A stretch of DNA of 24,678 nt. Origin: a virus. This document shows positions 15,559 through 23,238 of this stretch, one piece after another (the stretch's first letter is position 1; the number at the start of each line of letters is the position of its first letter). Position numbers and translations under genes: made by a program. A model generated the notes under the pieces. That model worked only from the letters and a program-made list of their open reading frames with translations, had not been told where the DNA came from and ran no database searches. The DNA lies in the IMG/VR virus record IMGVR_UViG_3300010277_000001; one strand, given 5' to 3'.

Positions 15559-16446
15559 TTACTTTCTTTCTTTTATGACTGCTTCAATTACATCAATGTA
15601 TTTTTGAGGTAGGTTAAATGCTTTGTACAACTCTTCATCTGTGTATATGTGGTCAAACTTACCAGATGGTGGTGCTGGGACGAAACGGAAGTAGTCGTCT
15701 GTTAGTATAGGTCCCAGTTTACTTATATTTATTGCTACAAAGAATCTAGTAAACTTTGTATTTATCCAAGATACAAATGACTCACACTCTGCCCTATTAT
15801 CTGAACTAAATGCACATCCATACGCTCCAGGGGGTACTTCTTTAAGTATTCTTGGTGTGCCTATAAAAGTTGAATTGCCCTCACTGTTGAACATATTGCT
15901 TAATCTTCCCACCGCATCTGAAGCCTTTCTTGCCTCGCTCCCTGCTCCGCAGAATACTATTTGAGAATTCACTACTACTTTGTACTTTTTATTTTTCGGT
16001 GTATCCTCTATCTTATATTTCTCATAAGTTCCTAGATAATCTACAATCTCTTGCCCGCAGTTTATAAGTGATTGTCTGTTTCGTATATCTCTCACTTTGA
16101 CACCATTAAAATATTTTTGATGTAAACTCTTGTTTGTTACCTCACATTTGTTGTGTACATCTTTATCCAATAAAAAGTAACTTATCCCGTCTACTTGTGA
16201 TATGTTGAATATATCAAGAGCGTCTGGATAAAATACCACCTTGCTCATATGTGGTACTAACTTCTCCCTAAATTCTTTGTAATTTATAGTCTTTGACGCT
16301 AATCTTTGGTCGTCTGCTGCCGTTTGCCATTTAGCTGGTGTAATCATTACACAATATTTAGTACATAGTTCAAATCCCATGTTTACGAAATCTAAATCCA
16401 TGCCTTTATTATATGGTGGATTTGCAATAACAACGTCGAATTTCAT
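15559..16446 (-). CDS. NPPY-motif N6-adenine methyltransferase-like protein lacking the N-terminal AdoMet-binding motifs (about 295 aa; the track GTG start is 16458).
   Basis: MKFDVVIANPPY (motif IV) sits at the extreme N-terminus, followed by YCVMITPAKW and FYPDALDIFNISQVDGISYFLLDK (Eco57I/TaqI-family-like). The C-terminal ...YTDEELYKAFNLPQKYIDVIEAVI resembles TaqI-type specificity domain tails. Confidence 0.7.
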   Translation of the reverse strand: MKFDVVIANPPYNKGMDLDFVNMGFELCTKYCVMITPAKWQTAADDQRLASKTINYKEFREKLVPHMSKVVFYPDALDIFNISQVDGISYFLLDKDVHNKCEVTNKSLHQKYFNGVKVRDIRNRQSLINCGQEIVDYLGTYEKYKIEDTPKNKKYKVVVNSQIVFCGAGSEARKASDAVGRLSNMFNSEGNSTFIGTPRILKEVPPGAYGCAFSSDNRAECESFVSWINTKFTRFFVAINISKLGPILTDDYFRFVPAPPSGKFDHIYTDEELYKAFNLPQKYIDVIEAVIKERK

Positions 16447-16494
16447 ACACACAAACACCGCCTAATTGTTAATATTATATACTACCAGCCGCCT

Positions 16495-17274
16495 TTATTT
16501 AGTCCAATAGCCTTTACTATATAGCCAGTCTATAAATGTTTCTAATTTATAGATACTAATATATCTAGGAGCTGCTGCTTTACTCCTCATATCTTTTCTG
16601 CAATCATCTACAGCATCAGCGAACTGTTTATTACTCATCATATATTCTTTTATCCATCTACTGCTTATATATCTGTTGTCAACTAAATGTGTAAATGAGT
16701 GAGTTTTATTACTACTTGTAGTAAACAAATCATCAAAATATCTTCGATGATTTAATAATGAGTTAAATACTGCGCTGTGTATTGAGTTGTCTTTTTGTGT
16801 ACCGTCCTCAATATTAAAATATCTGTTATCCATCTTGTTACCTGTCATGTGATTAGCCTCACCTAAGTCCACAAGAGGTTTACCCTCGAGTTTACACTTA
16901 ATAGCTGCTACTATACGTTGTATATAACAAGTGTATTGTACTGCTACAACCTCACCGTTATCGTCATAATAAAAGCTAGAAGCTGGGTAAACACCTTGTA
17001 CATAGGGTACACACATCTCAACACAAAGATAACCACGAGCATCAGTACTGTTCTCTTTATTACCGAATATCTGTCTGTCCTCTAGATTATTAGCATTAGC
17101 TCTTAGTATTTTACCAGTTTCCTTGTCGTAAGCGAAGATATAACCTTTAGGGTTACCTGTTTTGTCAATACCATTAAACTGGAAGAACCTGCCCCCACCA
17201 GATACCACCCCATTATTAATTATACTAATTAAGTATTCATTGTTGTGCATCTCTGCTACTCTATTTCTAGCCAT
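16495..17274 (-). CDS. HNH homing-type endonuclease (259 aa).
   Basis: ANHMTGNKMDNRYFNIEDGTQKDNSIHS matches the HNH_3 pattern (nHxdGnkxdNrxxNLexxTxxeNxxH). The preceding GYLCVEM...IQRIVAAI resembles the usual N-terminal part. Confidence 0.8.
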   Translation of the reverse strand: MARNRVAEMHNNEYLISIINNGVVSGGGRFFQFNGIDKTGNPKGYIFAYDKETGKILRANANNLEDRQIFGNKENSTDARGYLCVEMCVPYVQGVYPASSFYYDDNGEVVAVQYTCYIQRIVAAIKCKLEGKPLVDLGEANHMTGNKMDNRYFNIEDGTQKDNSIHSAVFNSLLNHRRYFDDLFTTSSNKTHSFTHLVDNRYISSRWIKEYMMSNKQFADAVDDCRKDMRSKAAAPRYISIYKLETFIDWLYSKGYWTK

Positions 17275-17308
17275 TGTAATTCCCTCCTATTCCACTAGTT
17301 TATTTTTA

Positions 17309-17938
17309 TTATTTACGTCCTTTCCAGACGTTTTCCTCTATCAGTCTCTCTCGTATACCTTGATATGTCATTATGCCTTTATATTTCTCTAACATTGCTT
17401 TAGTTATTTTATAACCGTTAGCAATATATTCAGCCTTTAGTACCTCATTATTTACATCGCCTTTGTATCTATGATGTTGGGTACCTCTGTTGTCCTCAGA
17501 TTTCATACGTATTGATGTTGCTAAAGCCTCTACATTATTATCAATTAAACCCAACAGTGTTTTAATATCATTGGATAAATCTTTACCCGTATTATCTAAC
17601 GATTCAACCTTTTTAATTAGTGCTATAATTGCTTGTTTTAACTCGTTATTTTCATTATTTACAATGTTTAGTTGTGACTTTAGTTTATCTGCCTCTGTTA
17701 AACAGATTATATCTAACTGCTTTAGGTCATCCAGTTTACCGGAGAACTCCACGTATATATTGCATATAGTAGTTAATACGGATTGAGCAGAGTCTTTATA
17801 ATCTTGTTTAACGTTACTCCTACTGATTAATTTATTTATTTTATCAGCATCTGCATATAGTTCACTAAGGTCATGCTCAATTGACTCCATCCAGTTTTTC
17901 ATGTCACGCACATAGTAGTCAAACAATTTATTCACCAT
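17309..17938 (-). CDS. Coiled-coil protein with a possible C-terminal HTH (209 aa from ATG 17938). It is the first early gene.
   Basis: GGAGG lies 5 nt upstream of ATG 17938. There are long heptad-like stretches. The C-terminal ITKAMLEKYKGIMTYQGIRERLIEE looks like an HTH. Confidence 0.6.
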   Translation of the reverse strand: MVNKLFDYYVRDMKNWMESIEHDLSELYADADKINKLISRSNVKQDYKDSAQSVLTTICNIYVEFSGKLDDLKQLDIICLTEADKLKSQLNIVNNENNELKQAIIALIKKVESLDNTGKDLSNDIKTLLGLIDNNVEALATSIRMKSEDNRGTQHHRYKGDVNNEVLKAEYIANGYKITKAMLEKYKGIMTYQGIRERLIEENVWKGRK

Positions 17939-17990
17939 GCCCACCTCCCCATATCAATAACTTAACTTAACTACCCCTATTTTTAATTTA

Positions 17991-18019
17991 ATTATACAAC
18001 CTACAACACATTTTGTCAA
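17991..18019 (-). promoter_or_regulatory. Consensus sigma-A promoter for the first early unit.
   Basis: The sense strand reads TTGACA (18014-18019)-17 nt-TATAAT (17991-17996), with TG at the extended -10 position and an A/T-rich UP-like tract upstream. Confidence 0.8.
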
Positions 18020-18057
18020 TAATTTTTATATAAAATTTTTACACCTAATAAACCAAT

Positions 18058-18102
18058 ACACCCACCAACACACCCACCAACACACCCACCAGAACCACCA
18101 GA
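18058..18102. repeat. Iteron-like tandem repeats: ACACCCACCAAC x2, ACACCCACCAGA, ACCACCAGA.
   Basis: Read directly. The 12-mers lie at 18058-18069, 18070-18081 and 18082-18093, with a partial unit at 18094-18102. They sit between the late terminator and the early promoter. Confidence 0.9.
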
Positions 18103-18111
18103 CCTAATGAT

Positions 18112-18148
18112 TTCAATAAAAAACACCAAGCCATAACGACTTGGTGTT
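18112..18148 (-). terminator. Rho-independent terminator after the endolysin gene. A/T runs on both sides make it potentially bidirectional.
   Basis: AACACCAAG (18122-18130) pairs with CTTGGTGTT (18140-18148) across a 9-nt loop. On the sense strand TTTTTTATTG follows. Confidence 0.8.
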
Positions 18149-18176
18149 AATTTTTACAATGTTTACAATGTTTACT

Positions 18177-19193
18177 TTATACTCTCTTTGTGTAGGATAG
18201 GCATATCCAGCCAGCACCCGATTTTAGTTTTCCCCAGTTATCCTTTTCTTCAACTATAGTATATACGCCTTTATCCCTTATCACACCTGCTATGCTATAT
18301 GATGTAGATGGGCCTTTACGAATATTTAAAGCATCAACAGTTACTTTAACTAAATAGCTTTTAAACTGGCCTGCAGTATCAACCTTGTCCAAGTATTTCA
18401 CATCTACCGCATATATGACTACATCATCTATAGTTAATACTGTCCTCCCATTAGTATCTATCTGCTTAACTTTATACTCTTTTTTCTTATAATCTGCCCT
18501 AATATTTTTACCATTCCATTGTACTGCTGATTCTTTAAGTTTAACAGTATCACCTACTTTTATATTATGATTATTAACAGGTGTACTGGGTGTAACAGGT
18601 GTATCTACAACAGCACCACCATTAAACAACACATTATACTTAGGTACAATCACATTATGCTGGAAGTTATACCAATCAGTTTCCCATGTAGCCTGACTTT
18701 TCAATATTCTCCAAGGGCACAGTTTATTACTTTTACTATATTTTCTATGAGGTTGCACATTATCAATAGTCCAGCCATACTCGTGCATTAACCAGCATAT
18801 CAACTTAACAGCATTTGCCTCACATTGCTTATACTTTGGACCCTCAGCAATTTCTATGCCAATAGTCTTACTGTTACCATAGCCATTAACACCATCACCT
18901 GCGTGATAACCTTTTTCATTAAGAGGTAAATGTTGAGTAATGCTATCACTATCAACAGTAAAATGCCAAGATTTATACTCATTGTCAGCCTTCTCCAGAT
19001 TCTTAAGATAATTAGCGTGAGCCTCATCTCCCGCCTCTCTGTCACCACTGCCAGTATTGTGTACAGTAATTCCTAAAGGTGTCATAGCTAATAATGTCCT
19101 TACGTTAGCTTTTCCTACAGGTTGTACAATATCCACCTTTACAGGGATACCACATATTTCTTTTACAGTTACTAATCCGTCTTTAATGTTCAT
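18177..19193 (-). CDS. Endolysin: N-acetylmuramoyl-L-alanine amidase (Amidase_2/PGRP type) with C-terminal SH3b cell-wall-binding repeats (338 aa).
   Basis: GITVHNTGS ... WHFTVD ... GIEIAE ... HRKYSKSNKLCPWRI places the Zn ligands H...H...C as in T7-lysozyme-type amidases. The C-terminal ALNIRKGPSTSYSIAGVIRDKGVYTIVEEKDNWGKL is SH3_3-like. Confidence 0.88.
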   Translation of the reverse strand: MNIKDGLVTVKEICGIPVKVDIVQPVGKANVRTLLAMTPLGITVHNTGSGDREAGDEAHANYLKNLEKADNEYKSWHFTVDSDSITQHLPLNEKGYHAGDGVNGYGNSKTIGIEIAEGPKYKQCEANAVKLICWLMHEYGWTIDNVQPHRKYSKSNKLCPWRILKSQATWETDWYNFQHNVIVPKYNVLFNGGAVVDTPVTPSTPVNNHNIKVGDTVKLKESAVQWNGKNIRADYKKKEYKVKQIDTNGRTVLTIDDVVIYAVDVKYLDKVDTAGQFKSYLVKVTVDALNIRKGPSTSYSIAGVIRDKGVYTIVEEKDNWGKLKSGAGWICLSYTKRV

Positions 19194-19392
19194 ATAGATA
19201 CCTCCTCATCTTTAGCCTATCACAGCATAGTTAATCTCAGCAAGTATCCAAGTGTATTACTCCTATATATCCTTTTGTGAGGCGAGTAATACATATTCAT
19301 TTTTATGCTGTTTTTTAGGCATATATTTTTTATTTTTTATGTTATACTGTGAGAGTATGATGTTTTACCCTCACAGTATATTGCTACATCAA

Positions 19393-20916
19393 TTAAACAA
19401 ACTCGTAGCCATAAGCTACCCACATAATATCAGTTGCCGATCTAGTTATAGGTTGTGCTAATTTAACAAAACTAATAAGATTACCGCACCACAATCTGCC
19501 AATCCATATACCACTATTTGTATAGTTATAATCTCTATACGTACCATTATCTCTAACCCTATTGTATACATTAGAGTCTAATAAATTATTAGGTGGTTCT
19601 GACTTATTGGCTTCAATGTTATCATATCTAAAGTTATGTACACCTTTTTCTATAGTCCAGATATCAACACCATCACTTACGTAGTGTGTCTTAGGATGTG
19701 CCAAGAAAGCATTAACCCTAGAGCCTTTAATATTCATTAAATCGGTACACATTATTACCTCAAAGCCATGATGTACAAAGTAATATGCACCACATTTCTT
19801 TGCAATCATACGATTTCTAGACCATCCAGCAGGTATACCACTCCAACCAGTCCATGCTACTTTATTTACAGAAGATGTACTTAGAGTATTCACGTTAACC
19901 GTATAAACCTTTGACCTAGTATCATAAGTACCCTCGTCAGAGTTATAACTCTCCATGATTATTAGGTTAGTGCCATTATAAAACATACTTGCACCATGTG
20001 TAGCATAACTTAATACATTAGCAGTATTTACAACAGCACCTGTTGTAGTATTTATTTTCCTTAGTATATTGTCAGTACACAATAGATATAAGAAACCATC
20101 TACGTATACTTGATCATAAGTTTCATACAATGGTACGTTATAGCCTATATCATTACTGTCAACCTGAGTTACCTCACCTGTTGCTAAGTTATGACGCCAT
20201 CTGTTTACATTATTTCTGTTGTAGTTTAACAATATCTCATTAGGTCCAGTTAAACCGGTAACACCAGGAATTATAAAGCTGTTACCTAAGTCAGCTATAT
20301 CTTCAAACTGATTAACTCTACTGATACATTTCTTTAAATAAATGCCATTAGTCTTAAAGTCACCATGTATTCCAGGCATTATTAACAAGTGATTAAATGT
20401 ACCAGTTGCTACACCTTCAGCGAACTTCCATCTGTTTGCTACGCATTTATCATTAATCATGTGATTAAATCTTGTAAAGTCCTGCACACCTTCACGAGTA
20501 TTAGCCGATACATCACGACTGTTAGCAAAGCCTACTATCTTAGTATAATCAACATCGAAGTTGGAGTCCAGTAAATCAACATACTTAGTATCTTCAGTAA
20601 GTGTAACACCAGAGTCAAGGTTAGCTAGATACAGATTAAGTCCATTGTCTTGTTTAGCCTTTACATTATAAGTACTACTACTACTACTATAATAGCTATC
20701 AAGTAAATCAGTGCTTCTAACTCTACCGTAAGGAGAACCACCAAACTCCATTAGTATATTATTAGCTGATTTAGAAAGCATAAGAAGCTTACCTAGATTT
20801 GTTACTGTGTTGCTTTTTATTACTCTGTGTATACCAGTTGTAGGGTTTACAATTTCAATCTCAACGAAACCTCTGATTTTTGTACTGTCAATCTTATTTA
20901 ATCCTAAACCTGACAT
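19393..20916 (-). CDS. Tail fibre/receptor-binding protein candidate (507 aa).
   Basis: It is a large ORF at the distal end of the tail module, directly before the endolysin. It has a strong RBS (AAGGAGG) and is rich in N/Y/G/T with beta-like repeats. I recognise no specific motif. Confidence 0.55.
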   Translation of the reverse strand: MSGLGLNKIDSTKIRGFVEIEIVNPTTGIHRVIKSNTVTNLGKLLMLSKSANNILMEFGGSPYGRVRSTDLLDSYYSSSSSTYNVKAKQDNGLNLYLANLDSGVTLTEDTKYVDLLDSNFDVDYTKIVGFANSRDVSANTREGVQDFTRFNHMINDKCVANRWKFAEGVATGTFNHLLIMPGIHGDFKTNGIYLKKCISRVNQFEDIADLGNSFIIPGVTGLTGPNEILLNYNRNNVNRWRHNLATGEVTQVDSNDIGYNVPLYETYDQVYVDGFLYLLCTDNILRKINTTTGAVVNTANVLSYATHGASMFYNGTNLIIMESYNSDEGTYDTRSKVYTVNVNTLSTSSVNKVAWTGWSGIPAGWSRNRMIAKKCGAYYFVHHGFEVIMCTDLMNIKGSRVNAFLAHPKTHYVSDGVDIWTIEKGVHNFRYDNIEANKSEPPNNLLDSNVYNRVRDNGTYRDYNYTNSGIWIGRLWCGNLISFVKLAQPITRSATDIMWVAYGYEFV

Positions 20917-20931
20917 TTTATATTACCTCCT

Positions 20932-22365
20932 TCATTCAAAATCAATATTGTAGATATCATTAATTGACACGCTATCTAAGTGGTTTTCTTCAGTTATAAT
21001 AGTAGATATCATGTCAATTTCACATACATCAGATAAACCTAGTTCTTCAATTGTATCTTTATCGTATAATGTTACACTAACTAATGTTATATCATTTATA
21101 TCATTGATATTAACAGTATCAATACTGTCAATATCTGAAGGTGCTGGAGGACTCTCTATATCAATATCGAATAAATCTATTATTCCTATTTCATCTAAGT
21201 GTTGTTGTTCAAGTATATTTACTTTAATAGTGTCTGTTTCATAGGTATCAACAATATTTATTTTGTCAATTACATCATCTAAGTCAACTGCCTCATTAGA
21301 GTATATCTCTATATCATGTAAGTCATTAATCTTTATCTTATCTAAGTAAATAACATTAATAGGCTCCTTAGGAAATGTATTATCCTCTTTATTTACCTCT
21401 GTTTTAAAGAATATATTAAAACCACCAGCAGGTATAAGTAGATAATAAGGTGTATCATCTTCTTCATCCGTTTCAACTTCAAGCTTTATAGTAATGTCGC
21501 CATAACCAGGGTTATGTGTTTTTAAGTTTATTTTACCTTCAATCTTAAACTTTCCAGTATTAACATATTGCCTGTCAGTGCCAATAATTATACCATCTTG
21601 TATAATAGTTATTACTATATATGCACCAGTACCACCAGCACCGCCTAAATAACCAGTTATACTAAACTCTGCATTTGATGATCCACCATAAGGTGGTGGT
21701 AATCCAGGAGTTCCTCCTCCACCACCAATAGGAAAGTTAGAAGGACCAGATTGTTCAAAAGTAGGAGGAGGGTCCTTTGGTTTATCTTCAATGTCAAAGT
21801 ATATATAACCTTGGTTAGCCTCTATTGGAGTTATATAAAATAATCCGCCATCTTTAATAGTTAAAAGACTACAATCATCCATACTAGTGCCAGTTGTCTT
21901 AATACAATTGATATATATTTTATTTACATAAGTAGGTACATCAGCAACTATAAGATTTAAGTAGAATAGCACAAAGTCCTCTTGAGGCATATTATATGTA
22001 TTTTGACCTCTAACTATTAGTGTCCTAGATGCTACATTACTTTCATCTATTACAATATTAGGACCAAAATCACCGTAATCAACGCTATCATATATTGCAT
22101 ATGAGTCCCAAGTTATCTTAGCTACGAATGCTGCAACACCAATGTTTACACCAGTGCACATTATAGGTATTCTAACTAAACTATATGTTTTATTATCGCA
22201 ATATTTATTGCCTGCTGTTATTCCTATAGTTGCATATTTACTTAATTTTATAGGTTTTTTATTAACAGTAACAGCATTAGCTACTTTATTTCTATTTTGT
22301 TTTTTATGCCTTCCTACAATAAGACCAGCTATAAGAGCGAACCACTCTTTCTCATTTAAGTCCAT
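20932..22365 (-). CDS. Tail-tip/fibre-associated protein with a Gly/Pro-rich hinge and an Asp/Ile-rich periodic C-terminus (477 aa from ATG 22365; the track TTG is at 22407).
   Basis: AAAGGAGG lies 10 nt upstream of ATG 22365. The hinge is PPPTFEQSGPSNFPIGGGGGTPGLPPPYGGSS. The last 140 aa or so contain about six hLDxhxhxDhxxID-type repeats. Confidence 0.6.
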   Translation of the reverse strand: MDLNEKEWFALIAGLIVGRHKKQNRNKVANAVTVNKKPIKLSKYATIGITAGNKYCDNKTYSLVRIPIMCTGVNIGVAAFVAKITWDSYAIYDSVDYGDFGPNIVIDESNVASRTLIVRGQNTYNMPQEDFVLFYLNLIVADVPTYVNKIYINCIKTTGTSMDDCSLLTIKDGGLFYITPIEANQGYIYFDIEDKPKDPPPTFEQSGPSNFPIGGGGGTPGLPPPYGGSSNAEFSITGYLGGAGGTGAYIVITIIQDGIIIGTDRQYVNTGKFKIEGKINLKTHNPGYGDITIKLEVETDEEDDTPYYLLIPAGGFNIFFKTEVNKEDNTFPKEPINVIYLDKIKINDLHDIEIYSNEAVDLDDVIDKINIVDTYETDTIKVNILEQQHLDEIGIIDLFDIDIESPPAPSDIDSIDTVNINDINDITLVSVTLYDKDTIEELGLSDVCEIDMISTIITEENHLDSVSINDIYNIDFE

Positions 22366-22415
22366 AATGCAGTTAACCTCCTTTCTATTTACTTTATGCA
22401 TCCACAAGTTACTTT

Positions 22416-22574
22416 TTATATTTTAATGCTTACACTAAAGTTACTTTCTTCAACATTACCTATAGGTGTATCCTCGACTATATTACTTTTATCTTTTTCC
22501 TTTATTTTATCTCTATTACCAGATATAGCAATACCCAGTAAGAATAACTCAATTTCTTTTTTAGTATCCAACAT
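22416..22574 (-). CDS. Small hypothetical protein (52 aa, below the track cut-off).
   Basis: GGAGGTG lies 5 nt upstream of ATG 22574. My translation is MLDTKKEIELFLLGIAISGNRDKIKEKDKSNIVEDTPIGNVEESNFSVSIKI*. Confidence 0.45.
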   Translation of the reverse strand: MLDTKKEIELFLLGIAISGNRDKIKEKDKSNIVEDTPIGNVEESNFSVSIKI

Positions 22575-22587
22575 ATAAACACCTCCA

Positions 22588-23238
22588 TTATTCTAGGTCA
22601 GCATATATTCTTGGTGTACTTATAAAGTCAACATCATCCACAAGTATTCCTAGCATATCATTATTTTCATCTGATATAAACACACACTTTAAAGGTTTAA
22701 CATCACCGTTCCACTCCACTATAAGACCATTATTGTAACGTTCACATCTCTTAAGAGATACTGCCTCTGCAACAGCATCAACGACCTGTTCTTTATTAAT
22801 ATCCTCGCTTTTATATAATTCAACATTAGATAAATACAATGTACCAGGAGCATTATCATAGTTATTAAAATATATTTCCATTGACCTTATATTCTTTAAT
22901 TCTACTTGTACAACTGTTTCATCTATATATTTATTGTTTACTACTTTATCCCTAGATAATAGTATTTTACCAGTTTGCACAGTATCATCTAAATACACGA
23001 TTTTAATATCTATAGAACTCGTAGGAGAATAATCATAATCGTCATTAAAGGTGCCGTAAAATGTTACTTTAAACTTAATATAACTGGAACCCGGAATGAT
23101 ACCACCTTTATCTAATAGTAGCCCTACTCTACTGTTAATCGGTAATGTTATTTTCTCATTGTCAATACTAGCACCATTATATGCTGTCCAACCAGAGTCA
23201 TTCCAAGCTGGTATTAGATTACTTGTTAACCAATTCAT
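22588..23238 (-). CDS. Tail accessory protein with a possible N-terminal carbohydrate-binding jelly-roll domain (216 aa).
   Basis: AAAGGAGG RBS. The N-terminal NLIPAWNDSGWTAYNGASID...LYLSNVELYK resembles CBM4_9/galactose-binding-like openings and closings. This is a weak call made by eye. Confidence 0.5.
   Translation of the reverse strand: MNWLTSNLIPAWNDSGWTAYNGASIDNEKITLPINSRVGLLLDKGGIIPGSSYIKFKVTFYGTFNDDYDYSPTSSIDIKIVYLDDTVQTGKILLSRDKVVNNKYIDETVVQVELKNIRSMEIYFNNYDNAPGTLYLSNVELYKSEDINKEQVVDAVAEAVSLKRCERYNNGLIVEWNGDVKPLKCVFISDENNDMLGILVDDVDFISTPRIYADLE

Noticed and set aside
15559-17944. A group I intron or intein-style split of the NPPY methyltransferase gene by the HNH ORF, with an upstream exon encoding motifs I-III.
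   Set aside because: The upstream 209-aa ORF has no Gly-rich AdoMet-binding motif or other methyltransferase N-terminal features. No additional open frame exists between 16459 and 17308 apart from the HNH gene itself.
18058-18102. Possible CRISPR array or tRNA/ncRNA gene in the repeat tract.
   Set aside because: The units are 12 bp and contiguous with no spacers, so this is not a CRISPR array. I found no cloverleaf or T-loop (GGTTCGAAT-like) sequence anywhere in the window.
19252-19461. Plus-strand 69-aa ORF lying mostly in the intergenic gap between the fibre and endolysin genes.
   Set aside because: It has a GTG start and no RBS. The peptide is hydrophobic, low-complexity and Cys/Phe-rich, and it runs against the orientation of every other gene. 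The region is better explained by the two RNA/DNA hairpins.
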